Shown here piece after piece: positions 38,817 to 49,678 of a stretch of 64,000 nucleotides of DNA. Position numbers and translations under genes: made by a program. Each line of letters begins with the position of its first letter. Positions within the stretch are counted from its first letter, which is position 1. The notes under the pieces are model-generated. The model saw only the letters and a program-made list of their open reading frames with translations. It did not search any database and was not told the DNA's origin. The stretch is taken from positions 3,182 through 67,181 of the forward strand of contig CACZXZ010000006.1 of assembly GCA_902785325.1 (NCBI GenBank), given 5' to 3'. The DNA comes from an uncultured Succinivibrio sp. Its GTDB lineage: Bacteria > Pseudomonadota > Gammaproteobacteria > Enterobacterales > Succinivibrionaceae.

Positions 38817-39755
38817 TTATAAATACAAACAATAGTCTGCAATTAAAATTAAAATCCATACAAAATTGTTAAGACAACAACAAGACATTAGTTGTTCTAA
38901 ACGTAGCTTTAGTCGATTATTTGTATCTTTAAATTTAACAATTTTGTAAATTAAATAAATCATCGGAATATAACCTGCCACAATAAAGACTACCTCTATA
39001 GCTTTATGGGAAGTGATACAGGCTGTAACCGACAAAATAACATAACCTACAAATAAACCTATTATATAAACAGTAGATAGTTCATATTTAATAAATTTGG
39101 CAAGTTTATAGCGAAATAGCTTGTGGTAACGAAACTTAGTTCTCAAACTTCTAACAAATAGCACCATCAAGGAACTTATACCTGCACTTAAACTAATAAA
39201 GATGGTATCAGGGTATAAATCCACTACGTAGTGAGAGGCACATAAAATAAGTAATTGAGTACCAATTACAGAGGCAAACGAAAAGAAGAAAAATATTACA
39301 TGAGCACTAATATTCTCGTAAATATTCTCTGTGTTTATAGAAAACACTGAAGTTAGTAACAAACAAACCACGCTAATAAAAATAAACCAAGATAGGGTTT
39401 GGATATTGCTCCCCATTGCAAGGTAGATAGAAATACCACCAAATATAGCTGTTAAAAGGGTTACTACCGCCATTCTTTTTCTAAGGGCAGTTAAAGATAA
39501 ACCACCTATCATAATAGGGGCAATTATTCCTTGTTTTTTCTCCTGACGATGCTTTTGGTAAGCTCTTGAATAAGAAATTGAATAATTACATAAAGCTTGA
39601 ATACCAATGCCTGCAAGGATAATACTCAAAGCTACAATAACAGTTTTTGCTGATACCTCACCATAGTAAAATCCTAGGGCGCAACCTACTAAGCAGTTAG
39701 AAAAAGCAAAAAGTAAGGAAATATATCTTGAGTTTAGTTTTACAAAGTTTTTCAT
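38817..39755 (-). CDS. MenA-like paralog lacking both Asp-rich catalytic motifs
   Basis: 312 aa like the adjacent menA; shared segments (NCLVGCALGFYYG vs NCAVGCGLGFYYG; AMGSNIQTLSWFIF vs AVGSNMQVLSWFVF; YPDT vs FPDT); Asp motifs replaced. Confidence 0.8.
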   Translation of the reverse strand: MKNFVKLNSRYISLLFAFSNCLVGCALGFYYGEVSAKTVIVALSIILAGIGIQALCNYSISYSRAYQKHRQEKKQGIIAPIMIGGLSLTALRKRMAVVTLLTAIFGGISIYLAMGSNIQTLSWFIFISVVCLLLTSVFSINTENIYENISAHVIFFFFSFASVIGTQLLILCASHYVVDLYPDTIFISLSAGISSLMVLFVRSLRTKFRYHKLFRYKLAKFIKYELSTVYIIGLFVGYVILSVTACITSHKAIEVVFIVAGYIPMIYLIYKIVKFKDTNNRLKLRLEQLMSCCCLNNFVWILILIADYCLYL

Positions 39756-39896
39756 TTTTACATCAAAGCATTCTGCTAAAACATATGTATTTTAATTGAA
39801 AAACATCTTTTTTTTGAGATTTTTTAAAAATTAGGCGCAAACTCACTTTTGCAAAAGGTATAATTTGCATGATTTATACTAAATTCGGAGTTACAA

Positions 39897-41906
39897 ATGC
39901 TATTTGACGATCCAGCCTTACGTCAATTAAAAAATACTTTTGAAAAAGAAAAAATCAAAAAAGAAGGTTTTGTAAAAGCTTCAGACCGTGGTTTTGGTTT
40001 TTTAGAAGTAGATAGAGATTCTTATTTTATTAGCCCAAATGATATGAAAAAAGTGGTCAATGGTGACCGCATTGTGGCTGTAATTGAAACTGATAATACC
40101 GGCAAATCTAGAGCTATTCCAGAAAAATTAGTTGAACCTTACCTAAAAAGATTTGTTGCCAAAATTCTATTTATCCAAGGAAAACTTAACATCATTCCTG
40201 ATCATCCAAGCATTAACATTAAATTCCAAGCAGATGATCATCGTGCAGATAAAAAAGTTGCCTTACAAAATGGCGATTGGGTTATCTGTAATTTAACTGC
40301 TCATGCTTTAAATAAAAACAATTTTAGAGCTACTGTAGATGAGTTAATTTGTAAGCGTAACGATCCAAAAGCTCCTTGGCTTGTAAGCTTGAGAAAGTAC
40401 GACTTACCAATTCAAGAACCTCAAGATCAAGACTTTGAATATCTTGAGAATAACCTTGCCCATGAAGATTTAACTGGTATTCCTTTTGTTACCATCGATT
40501 CAGCTCATACTGAAGATATGGATGATGCTTTGTATGTTAAAAAGGATGGAGATAACTTCTTACTTTATACAGCTATTGCAGATCCTACAGGTTACATTCA
40601 AGAAGACTCAGAATTTAATAAGATAGCAGCCTCAAGAGCTTTTTCTATTTATTTACCAGGAAAAGACATTCCTATGCTACCTAGAGTTTTATCTGACAAT
40701 TTGTGCTCTTTAAGACCAAATGAAAAGAGACCTGCTTTAGTTGGCATCATGACTGTAACTAAAGACGGTGAGCTTTTAAAAGATAAGACTACCTTTATGC
40801 TTGCTACTATCAAGTCCCATGGCAAGTTAGTTTACAACGAAGTATCTGATTATCTTGAAGGGGTAGAAGGTGCAACCTTTAAACCAACTGAGCAAATAAA
40901 AGAAATCTTAGACAACTTAGTAGAATTTACTAAAGTAAGAGATCAATACCGCTCTACTCATGCTGCAACCTTTAAAAATAACCCTGATTACGAGTTTGTA
41001 TTAAAAGAAGATGGCTCTTTAGATTACATTCAAGTAAACAGACGCAGAATTGCAAATCAAATAGTTGAGGAAGCAATGATTGTTTCAAACATTGCAGCCG
41101 GCGACTATTTAGCAACTAAATTAAATAGCGGTATCTTCAATATCCATCGTGGCTTTGATATGCAAAAGAAGAAGGATATTATCCAGCTTTTAATCAAAGA
41201 AAAATGCCCATATCAAGAAGATAAGCTAGATACTCTAGAAGAGTATAACGCTATCAGAAGATTTGCTATAAGCCATGATAACGACTACCTAGATAGCCGT
41301 ATTAGAAAACTTCAAGAATACTCTGAAATCGGTATTCAACCAGGTCCTCACTATGCTCTAGGCGTAGAAAACTATGCTACTTGGACTTCTCCAATTAGAA
41401 AGTATGGTGATATGGTAAATCATCGCTTACTAAAAGCTATCATTGTGCATACAGCACATCCTACTCTACCAGATGAAGCTCTGTTAAAGGTTATGAATGA
41501 AGCTAGACGCACTAATAGAATGGCTGAAAGAGACGTTCGTGATTGGTTATATGTAGACTTCTTAGAGCCTGATATTGAAAAGAAGACCAGTTTTGAAGCT
41601 AAGATCTTTGATATCACCAGAGGTGGTATGAAAGTAATTCTTGAGGAGAATGGCGCTATGGTATTTATACCTTTCTCCTATATAAGCTCAAGTAAAGAGG
41701 ATTTAGTACTAGCCTCTGATACTGGTGAAGCTTTAGTAAAAGGCAACGTTGTAAAACGCTTAGGAGATAAACTAAAGGTTAGAATCGTAGAAGTAAACAA
41801 GGAAACAAGATCAATTGTTGGTGCTCCTTGTGAACCTTTTGGTGGTCTTATCCTACCAGATCCAGCAACCTTAAAGCGTGGTGGTAATAGACCAAACCGC
41901 CGTTAA
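39897..41906 (+). CDS. rnb: Exoribonuclease II
   Basis: MLFDDPALRQLK, RGFGFLEVD, catalytic TIDSAHTEDMDDAL, ATWTSPIRKYGD. Confidence 0.95.
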   Translation: MLFDDPALRQLKNTFEKEKIKKEGFVKASDRGFGFLEVDRDSYFISPNDMKKVVNGDRIVAVIETDNTGKSRAIPEKLVEPYLKRFVAKILFIQGKLNIIPDHPSINIKFQADDHRADKKVALQNGDWVICNLTAHALNKNNFRATVDELICKRNDPKAPWLVSLRKYDLPIQEPQDQDFEYLENNLAHEDLTGIPFVTIDSAHTEDMDDALYVKKDGDNFLLYTAIADPTGYIQEDSEFNKIAASRAFSIYLPGKDIPMLPRVLSDNLCSLRPNEKRPALVGIMTVTKDGELLKDKTTFMLATIKSHGKLVYNEVSDYLEGVEGATFKPTEQIKEILDNLVEFTKVRDQYRSTHAATFKNNPDYEFVLKEDGSLDYIQVNRRRIANQIVEEAMIVSNIAAGDYLATKLNSGIFNIHRGFDMQKKKDIIQLLIKEKCPYQEDKLDTLEEYNAIRRFAISHDNDYLDSRIRKLQEYSEIGIQPGPHYALGVENYATWTSPIRKYGDMVNHRLLKAIIVHTAHPTLPDEALLKVMNEARRTNRMAERDVRDWLYVDFLEPDIEKKTSFEAKIFDITRGGMKVILEENGAMVFIPFSYISSSKEDLVLASDTGEALVKGNVVKRLGDKLKVRIVEVNKETRSIVGAPCEPFGGLILPDPATLKRGGNRPNRR

Positions 41907-41913
41907 GCTATAG

Positions 41914-41943
41914 TCTCGACTTTGAAATTCTTCAAAGTCGAGA
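41914..41943. terminator. Hairpin/terminator after rnb
   Basis: 13-bp perfect stem TCTCGACTTTGAA-attc-TTCAAAGTCGAGA, then ATTTTAT. Confidence 0.65.
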
Positions 41944-41987
41944 ATTTTATCTAAGCCTTATAAAAGATCATTTACCTAAATTAAGCT

Positions 41988-42007
41988 CAGGAGCCCAAAG
42001 GCTCCTG
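41988..42007 (-). terminator. Hairpin just downstream of prlC
   Basis: CAGGAGCC-caaa-GGCTCCTG, 9 nt past the prlC stop; weak U-tract. Confidence 0.45.
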
Positions 42008-42016
42008 GTAAATTAA

Positions 42017-44065
42017 CTAGTTTTCAATACCAGATTGTTTAATTAAAGCATCAACACTTGGTTTTCTGCCTCTAAATTCTTCAAAGTTCTTCATCGGATC
42101 ACTTGCACCACCACAAGCTAAGATTAACTCTTCAAAAGACTTACCAACCTCACGATTGAAAATACCTTTTTCTTCAAATAAAGAGAAAGCATCGGCAGCT
42201 AATACTTCAGCCCACTTATAGCTGTAATAACCTGCAGCATAGCCTCCTGCGAAAATATGAGTGAAATTATTTGGGAAGCGAGCATCTTTAAACTGAGGAG
42301 TTACTGCAACTTCCTTTTTAACTTCATTTAAAATCTCAAAAATTCTACCGCCCTTTGCTTTATCGTATTCAAGATGAATTCTAAAATCGAATAAAGCAAA
42401 TTCAATTTGACGTAACATTGCCATTGCTGATTGGAAGTTTTTAGCTGCAAGTAAAGCTTCTAACTTCTCCTTTGGTAATGGTTTATGAGTTTTTACATTT
42501 GAAGATAAGAATTGCAATACCTCATTTTGCCAAGCATAATTCTCATTAAATTGACTTGGTAATTCCACTGCATCCCAAGGTACACCATTGATACCTGAAA
42601 CATCAGAAATATCAATCTTAGTTAATAATTGATTTAAGGTATGACCAAACTCATGGAATAAAGTTACAACTTCATCGTGAGTAAGTAAGGATACATCTGA
42701 ATTTACAGGTCTTGAGAAATTGCAAATTAAATAAGCTACTGGTAACTGTAGTACACCATCAAAACGGTAGCGACGAGTTAAACACTCATCCATCCAGGCG
42801 CCACCATTTTTACCAGGTCTTGCATAAAGATCCATAAACAATGAACCAATGCGAGAGCCGAACTTATCCTCATAGACATCAAAGCATTTAACATTTTCAT
42901 TCCAAACGTCAACGCCATATCTTTGTTTTAAGCTGATGCCATATAAACGATGAGCACACTCAAACATGCCTTCGATTACTTTATTCTCAGGGAAATATGG
43001 TCTTAACTCTTCTTCTGAGAATGCATATTTCTCCTGACGTAATTTCTCTGAATAGTAAGCCAAATCCCAAGGCTGTAATTGATCACAGCCTTTGCTTTTT
43101 GCATATTCTTGTAAAGCTTGAATTTCTTTTTTACCTTGTTTTAAGGATTTTTTAGCTAAATCTTCTAAAAAAGAAACCACAGTTTCTGGAGTATCTGCCA
43201 TCTTAGTTGCTAAAGATAAATGAGCGTAAGACTTAAAGCCTAATAGCTTGGCTTCCTCATCACGTAACTTTAAGATCTCCTCCATGATAGGAGCGTTATC
43301 CCATTTACCTGCGTTTGGACCTACATCTGAAGATCTAGTGTTGTAAGCAACATACATTTGTTCACGTAATTGTCTATCTTCACAATAGGTCATAAATGGA
43401 AGGTAAGATGGCATCTCTAAAGTGAAAACATAGCCCTCTTTTTTCTGATTCTGAGCTTCACTTAAGGCAAGTTTAATCGCACCTTCTGGCAATCCTTTTA
43501 ACTTTTCTTTATCAGTGATATGTAAAGTAAAACCGTGGGTTGCGTCTAATACATTGTTAGAAAACTTAGACTGTAATTCTGATAGTCTTGATACGATTTG
43601 AGTGTATTTTTTCTGATCTTCAGGAGGTAAATCAATACCACTTAACTTAAAGTCTCTTAAAGAATTTTTAATTGCTTTTTGCTGTGGTAGAGATAAACGA
43701 CCAAAAGCATCTGAGGTTTCAATCTTTTTTAAGATCTCAAAGTAAGGCTTATATTGACCTGCCCAAGAGCTAAACTCTGACAATAAAGGTAAACACTCAT
43801 CATGTACAGCGCGAAGCTCAGGGGTGTTATTTACAGAATTTAAATGAGAGACTACAGACCATACTTTAGATAATCTGTCATCAGCCTCTTCTACTTGAGC
43901 GATAGTATTATCCCAAGTAGGATCTTCTTTATATTTTGAAGATACTTCTTCAATTACTTGTCTGCACTTATTGATTGCAATAGTAACAGCTTCTTTTACA
44001 TGCTCAGGTTTAATTGCTGAAAACTCAGGCATACCTGAATAATCTAATAATGGATTTTGAGTCAT
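42017..44065 (-). CDS. prlC: Oligopeptidase A (M3)
   Basis: NPLL, FSNNVLDAT, GGAWMD, HEFGH zincin motif, VELPSQ, GYAAGYYSYKWAEVL. Confidence 0.96.
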   Translation of the reverse strand: MTQNPLLDYSGMPEFSAIKPEHVKEAVTIAINKCRQVIEEVSSKYKEDPTWDNTIAQVEEADDRLSKVWSVVSHLNSVNNTPELRAVHDECLPLLSEFSSWAGQYKPYFEILKKIETSDAFGRLSLPQQKAIKNSLRDFKLSGIDLPPEDQKKYTQIVSRLSELQSKFSNNVLDATHGFTLHITDKEKLKGLPEGAIKLALSEAQNQKKEGYVFTLEMPSYLPFMTYCEDRQLREQMYVAYNTRSSDVGPNAGKWDNAPIMEEILKLRDEEAKLLGFKSYAHLSLATKMADTPETVVSFLEDLAKKSLKQGKKEIQALQEYAKSKGCDQLQPWDLAYYSEKLRQEKYAFSEEELRPYFPENKVIEGMFECAHRLYGISLKQRYGVDVWNENVKCFDVYEDKFGSRIGSLFMDLYARPGKNGGAWMDECLTRRYRFDGVLQLPVAYLICNFSRPVNSDVSLLTHDEVVTLFHEFGHTLNQLLTKIDISDVSGINGVPWDAVELPSQFNENYAWQNEVLQFLSSNVKTHKPLPKEKLEALLAAKNFQSAMAMLRQIEFALFDFRIHLEYDKAKGGRIFEILNEVKKEVAVTPQFKDARFPNNFTHIFAGGYAAGYYSYKWAEVLAADAFSLFEEKGIFNREVGKSFEELILACGGASDPMKNFEEFRGRKPSVDALIKQSGIEN

Positions 44066-44248
44066 ATTGATCCTTAAAATAATCTTAAACTAATTGCGAT
44101 TTTACAATATTTTAGAGAATAAAAAACGCCTGTGATAAGAATGATTTTTTCAGGTTTAAATAAAGTATGTAAAAGCGTCATTAGTATTGTAAAATAGCGA
44201 CATATTCAATAAAAAACAGTTAGTTACAGCAAAATAACGGAATTTTTT

Positions 44249-46195
44249 ATGTCAGATCTAAATGAAAGTATCTATCATCAACGTATTCAAAGACTATGTG
44301 AACTACTTGAAGAAGATCAATTAGATGCACTGATAGTAACTCATGACGATGAGTATCTTTCCTATGAATTAAATGAAGATGAGGAAAGATTAAAGTACAT
44401 AACTGGCTTTTCAGGTAGCGCAGGCTACGCTGTGATCACAAGAAATAATAGTGAAGCTATACAAAACTTCTTAAAAAATGGCGCAAAACTAAAGTCCACT
44501 ATCAATGGAGATCAAGTTGAAGCTACCAAAAACTGTGCTGTATTTGTAGATGGCAGATATGTAGTTCAAGTAAAAGAGCAAACTGATAGCGAAATTTTTG
44601 ACTGTTTTAATTTCCCTGCAATCTCGCCTACAGACTGGATTTGCAATGTACTGCAAAAGAACAGCACTGTAGGTATTGATCTTAACTGTATCAGTTATAA
44701 AGAATTTTTAAAAACCAAAGAAGAACTTGATAATTTTAATATCAACCTAAAAGCTACTGATGGTAATTTAGTTGATAAGATTTGGGAAGATAAGCCTGAG
44801 GCTGTTGTTTCCGATATCATGATCTTCCCTGATGAATATAATGGTTGCCCAAGTCCACAAAAAAGACAACAAATTGCGCAAATTCTAAGAAACAAAGAAT
44901 TAGATGCCACTGTAATATGCGATCCTGAAAGTATCTGTTGGCTACTAAATATTAGAGGTAGAGACAGAAAATACTTACCAGTTATCAACTGTAAAATGGT
45001 AGCCTACTCTAATGAAGCACTAGAGTGGTATATCAATACTGATCACTTCAAAGACGATACTTTACTTGAAAGGCTACAGGAGCATATTGGTCATATTGAT
45101 ATTTTCTCTGAAGACAAGTTTGACGATGTACTTGAGAGATTATGCTCATCAAGTTGTACTGTTTATGTAGATCCTGATACTACAAATGCGCATACCCTAC
45201 TAAGTTTATACGAAGGTGGAGCTCAAGTAATTGAGGGTATTGGTTTATGTCAGCTACCTAAGGCTACCAAAAATCACATCGAAATTGCTGGTGAATATAA
45301 AGCTCACATCAAAGATGGCATTGCAATTTGCCGTTTCTTATCGTGGCTTGATAACCTTACTTTACTTGAAACAGCAGAAAACGATAATGCCTTTATGCGC
45401 AGAGTTGAAGGTACGACAGAGGCAGATTTAGCTAGTCGCGCTCTAAGTTTTAGAAAAGTAGAAGCAGGTTTTATTGAATCCTCCTTTGCTACCATATCAG
45501 CTTTAGGACCTAACGCTGCTATGTGCCACTATAATCACGAAAATGAGAAAGAACCTCGTGCTTTAGGTAAAGATAGTATCTACCTAATTGACAGTGGAGC
45601 TCATTTTATTGAAGGTACTACTGATATCACAAGAACTGTACTAGTTGGTCCTCACATTAGCGATGAGATTAGAAAGATGTACACTTTAGTACTAAAATCT
45701 CACATCGCTTTAGCTACAGTTTGTTTCCCTAAAGGAACCTCTGGCTTACAAATTGATGCTATAGCAAGACGTCCACTTTGGGATTGTGGTTTTGACTTTG
45801 CTCATGGTACAGGTCACGGTGTAGGTCACGTCTTGTCCGTACATGAAGGACCTCAGTGCATTTCCTCAAAGCGCTCAACTATACCTTTAGTTCCTGGTAT
45901 GGTTATTTCTGATGAGCCTGGTTTCTATAAAGAAGGAGAATACGGTATTCGTCTTGAAAATCTATTAGTGGTACTACCTTGTACACAACCTGGTATGCAA
46001 CACATGTTGTGTTTCTCCCCACTAACCTTAGTACCTTTTGACAACCGTTTAATTTTAAAAGAATTACTATCACAAAAAGAAATTGATTGGCTTAACAATT
46101 ACCATCAAAATGTTAATAATGTGATAACCAATGCAGCAACTTCCTTAACTGAAAGTGAAGTAAGTTGGTTAATAAACGCTACCAAAGCTATTTAG
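44249..46195 (+). CDS. Xaa-Pro aminopeptidase (M24B, three-domain aminopeptidase-P type)
   Basis: TGFSGSAG, VDGRY, DSGAHF..GTTDITRT, HGTGHGVG, HEGP, EPGFY, RLEN. Confidence 0.92.
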   Translation: MSDLNESIYHQRIQRLCELLEEDQLDALIVTHDDEYLSYELNEDEERLKYITGFSGSAGYAVITRNNSEAIQNFLKNGAKLKSTINGDQVEATKNCAVFVDGRYVVQVKEQTDSEIFDCFNFPAISPTDWICNVLQKNSTVGIDLNCISYKEFLKTKEELDNFNINLKATDGNLVDKIWEDKPEAVVSDIMIFPDEYNGCPSPQKRQQIAQILRNKELDATVICDPESICWLLNIRGRDRKYLPVINCKMVAYSNEALEWYINTDHFKDDTLLERLQEHIGHIDIFSEDKFDDVLERLCSSSCTVYVDPDTTNAHTLLSLYEGGAQVIEGIGLCQLPKATKNHIEIAGEYKAHIKDGIAICRFLSWLDNLTLLETAENDNAFMRRVEGTTEADLASRALSFRKVEAGFIESSFATISALGPNAAMCHYNHENEKEPRALGKDSIYLIDSGAHFIEGTTDITRTVLVGPHISDEIRKMYTLVLKSHIALATVCFPKGTSGLQIDAIARRPLWDCGFDFAHGTGHGVGHVLSVHEGPQCISSKRSTIPLVPGMVISDEPGFYKEGEYGIRLENLLVVLPCTQPGMQHMLCFSPLTLVPFDNRLILKELLSQKEIDWLNNYHQNVNNVITNAATSLTESEVSWLINATKAI

Positions 46196-46204
46196 GAGTA
46201 GTAA

Positions 46205-47575
46205 ATGTTTTTCCTAAAAAAGAGTCTACCTAGTTCTTTATACTGCCAAACAAGATTACAGCAGTTGCCTACAATTCCTGTAGACTCTTCTTCCTATACT
46301 ATTTTAGAAACACCACATAGATGTTATTCAAGAATATTGCAGTTAATTGAAAATGCTAAAGAGAGAATTTTAATCACTGCTTTATACCTTCAGGATGACG
46401 AAATTGGTAGAACTATCCTAAATGCTTTATATAAAGCAAAAGAGAAAAATCCTAAACTCTATGTACGTGTTTATGTAGATTTTCATCGCGCTCAACGTGG
46501 TTTAATTGGAAAAGGTCCATCTTTAGGTAACTCTGAGCTTTACTATTCCATGGCTAAAGATTGTGAAAATCCACCTGCAATTTATGGTGTGCCAGTTAAA
46601 AGACGTGAGATTTTCGGTGTAATGCACTTAAAAGGTTTTGTCTTTGACGATACAGTTTTATACACAGGTGCAAGCATCAATGATGTTTATATGGATTACA
46701 ACGGTAGATATCGCTTAGATAGATACCATGAAATTCATTCAAAAGAGTTAGCTAACGTAATGTGCGCCTATGTTACTAACGCTTTTCACAAGAATTTTGC
46801 AGTTCAAGACTTTTCCCAAGGAAAAGTAAAATCAGCAAAAGAAATGCGTGAGGAAATCAAAGAGTTAAGACGCCACCTAACTACTACTCAATATTCTTTC
46901 AAGAATGAGAAGATCCGTGAATATCAAATTGGATTAACTCCTATTGCAGGTCTTGGCAAGCGCGCAAATCAGTTAAATAAAGCGATTTTGTGGCTAATTG
47001 GAGCTGCAAGAGAAAAGTTATTTATTTGTACTCCTTATTTCAATCCACCTAAGTTAATTGCTAAAGCCATTGAAGATGCTTTAGCAAAGGGTGTAAACAT
47101 CACCTTAGTAGTTGGTGATAAAAAGGCTAATGACTTTTTCATTAAACCTAATGAAAACTTCTCTCCTGTAGGTGCTGTACCTTATATTTATGAGCAAAAC
47201 CTAAAAGATTTTATCGAGAAAAATAAAGAATACATCGATAAAGGTACTTTAAAGATTATGCTTTGGGAAGATAAAGATAATACTTACCACGTAAAAGGCA
47301 TGTACGTAGATAACAACTTAGCTTTAATCACTGGTAATAATCTAAATCCTAGAGCTTGGAGTTTGGATTTAGAAAATGGCATTATTGTGTCTGATCCATA
47401 CCATCAGCTCACTGAGAAATTTACCCATGAGCAACAATTTTTATTAAGACATACCAAGCAAATTCTAAGTACAGATGATCTTGATAGCTTTGAATCTTAC
47501 CCTGAGGAAGTGCAAAAGTTACTCAAGAAAGTGAAGAGACTTAGAGCTTCCATCTTTATTAAACAGCTTCTATAA
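46205..47575 (+). CDS. pssA: CDP-diacylglycerol--serine O-phosphatidyltransferase (PLD family)
   Basis: ALYLQDDE, VDFHRAQRGLIG, HLKG..YTGASINDVY, HVKG..TGNNLNPRAW. Confidence 0.95.
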   Translation: MFFLKKSLPSSLYCQTRLQQLPTIPVDSSSYTILETPHRCYSRILQLIENAKERILITALYLQDDEIGRTILNALYKAKEKNPKLYVRVYVDFHRAQRGLIGKGPSLGNSELYYSMAKDCENPPAIYGVPVKRREIFGVMHLKGFVFDDTVLYTGASINDVYMDYNGRYRLDRYHEIHSKELANVMCAYVTNAFHKNFAVQDFSQGKVKSAKEMREEIKELRRHLTTTQYSFKNEKIREYQIGLTPIAGLGKRANQLNKAILWLIGAAREKLFICTPYFNPPKLIAKAIEDALAKGVNITLVVGDKKANDFFIKPNENFSPVGAVPYIYEQNLKDFIEKNKEYIDKGTLKIMLWEDKDNTYHVKGMYVDNNLALITGNNLNPRAWSLDLENGIIVSDPYHQLTEKFTHEQQFLLRHTKQILSTDDLDSFESYPEEVQKLLKKVKRLRASIFIKQLL

Positions 47576-47582
47576 GTAATTT

Positions 47583-49673
47583 ATGGCTCTAGATAACGAT
47601 ACACTCTACACTAGTACGGATATAGGCACCATTAGTGGTCTAGGGCCAAGCTATACAAAAAGCTTTTATAATAAAGGTTTTTATAATCTCTTTGAGTTGT
47701 TACTCGACTTTCCTTTTAAATATCTTGATCAAACTAAACTTACAAAAATCAAAGATATTAAGGCAGATGGAAGTTACTATCTAATCGATGCAACCATTGC
47801 AAGCGTAAAGCTTATCCCATCAAGAAAAAGCATTTTAAAAGTATTTCTTTGTGATGATAATGCTTATCTTGAAACCGTATTTTTTAATCTTTACCCAAAC
47901 CAAATTCAGCAGTATAAGGTTGGTCGCAGACTCTTAGCTTTTGGTCCTGTAAAGCCTAACGCTTACAACGGCTCTTTAGTACTCTCGCAACCTACCGTAA
48001 CCTTTTTAAATCAAGATGATACCGTTGAAACTCAAGAAAGATTAACACCTGTCTATCATGCGGTAGAAAAAGTACCTCAAGGAATTATCAGAAAAGTTAT
48101 CAATGGAATAGTATTTAAACTTAAAAGTTTACCTTTAGCTGAGCTTTTACCACAAAAGCACAATCATTTTGCTTTGACTATTAATCAAGCTTTAGATTTA
48201 ATTCATTACCCATATCCAAACAAAGATCCTAAAAAAGCTTTTATTTTAGAAAAAAGTACCGCTTTTAAAAGATTGTGTTTTGAAGAGTTAGTTGCTTATC
48301 AATTAACTTTATTGTCCTTAAAAGACAAAAATGATTTACACAAAAGTAGTGTTATTCCTAAAAGAGAGCTAGAAATACAAGCTTTTATTGAGAATTTACC
48401 TTTTACCCCAACTAATGCTCAGAAAAAAGCCTACCAAGAAATCAGCGAAGATCTTAGCAAAGACAAACCAATGTTAAGACTTTTGCATGGTGATGTAGGA
48501 TCTGGTAAGACTTTAGTTGCACTGCTTGCTTGTCTGCAAACTTATTACGCAAAGTATCAATGCGTGCTATTAGCCCCTACAGAATTACTTGCAAGCCAAC
48601 ACTACAATAATTTATCAAACTTATTAAAAGCTCTTGATTGTAAAATTGCTTTACTTACCTCCTCTGTAAAAGGCAATCAACGCAAGGCAATCTTAGAAGG
48701 GATCAAGACAGGTGAGATCCACATTATCGTAGGTACTCACAGCCTATTTCAAACCGATGTAATTTACCATAACTTAGCTTTAGCTATCATTGATGAACAA
48801 CATCGCTTCGGTATTGATCAAAGAATTGCTCTACTTAGAAAAGCTCCACAAGGCATTGCTTTACATCAATTAGTAATGACCGCAACCCCTATTCCGAGAA
48901 CCTTGCAACTAGCTTTATTCTCAGATCTTGATGTATCGACCTTAGATGAATTGCCAAAGGGAAGAAAACCTATCATTACTGCAGTAATGCAAGATGAACA
49001 AAAACAAAAAATCATCAGAAGACTAAAAGAAGTTTGTGAACAAGGTGCTCAAGCTTACTGGGTTTGCCCTAACATCGATGAAAATGAAGATGAAACTGCT
49101 AGCGTAAAAGCAACCTATAAACAGTTAAAGCAAAGTCTTCCAAATCTAAACATTGGTCTATTACATGGACAGTTATCTACTAATGAGAAGACTAAAGTAA
49201 TGAAGGATTTCCTTGAAGGAAAATACCAAATCCTAGTTGCTACTACCATCATTGAGGTAGGTGTAGATGTACCTAATGCTAGCATTATTGTGATTGAAGG
49301 TGCTGATAGATTAGGCTTAGCTCAGTTACATCAATTAAGAGGTAGAGTTGGTCGTGGTGCTAAAGAATCTTATTGTATTTTGGTGTACAAAAAAGATCCT
49401 GAAAAAAATAACGAGATTGCTCAAAAAAGGCTTAGCATCATGAAAGCAACTAACAATGGATTTACCATTGCTACAGAAGATCTAAAATTAAGAGGACCTG
49501 GTGAAGTTTTAGGTCAGATGCAAAAAGGTTTTGGAATTTTTAAAATAGTTGATGTAAATAGAGATTATGAACTAATCGATGATGCTAGAGCTGCAGCTTT
49601 AGATATTATCCACCACGATAAAAACACAGCTGTTGCTCTAATGAAAAGATGGTATCCATCCTTTAAGGTGTAA
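47583..49673 (+). CDS. recG: ATP-dependent DNA helicase RecG
   Basis: RLLHGDVGSGKT, APTELLASQH, DEQH, MTATPIPRTL, QLHQLRGRVGRG, DLKLRGPGE. Confidence 0.97.
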   Translation: MALDNDTLYTSTDIGTISGLGPSYTKSFYNKGFYNLFELLLDFPFKYLDQTKLTKIKDIKADGSYYLIDATIASVKLIPSRKSILKVFLCDDNAYLETVFFNLYPNQIQQYKVGRRLLAFGPVKPNAYNGSLVLSQPTVTFLNQDDTVETQERLTPVYHAVEKVPQGIIRKVINGIVFKLKSLPLAELLPQKHNHFALTINQALDLIHYPYPNKDPKKAFILEKSTAFKRLCFEELVAYQLTLLSLKDKNDLHKSSVIPKRELEIQAFIENLPFTPTNAQKKAYQEISEDLSKDKPMLRLLHGDVGSGKTLVALLACLQTYYAKYQCVLLAPTELLASQHYNNLSNLLKALDCKIALLTSSVKGNQRKAILEGIKTGEIHIIVGTHSLFQTDVIYHNLALAIIDEQHRFGIDQRIALLRKAPQGIALHQLVMTATPIPRTLQLALFSDLDVSTLDELPKGRKPIITAVMQDEQKQKIIRRLKEVCEQGAQAYWVCPNIDENEDETASVKATYKQLKQSLPNLNIGLLHGQLSTNEKTKVMKDFLEGKYQILVATTIIEVGVDVPNASIIVIEGADRLGLAQLHQLRGRVGRGAKESYCILVYKKDPEKNNEIAQKRLSIMKATNNGFTIATEDLKLRGPGEVLGQMQKGFGIFKIVDVNRDYELIDDARAAALDIIHHDKNTAVALMKRWYPSFKV

Positions 49674-49678
49674 AGTTT

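Noticed and set aside
15173-39841. Recurrent GCGCAAA near promoters (15174, 26168, 39835)
   Set aside because: Position relative to the -10 elements is inconsistent.
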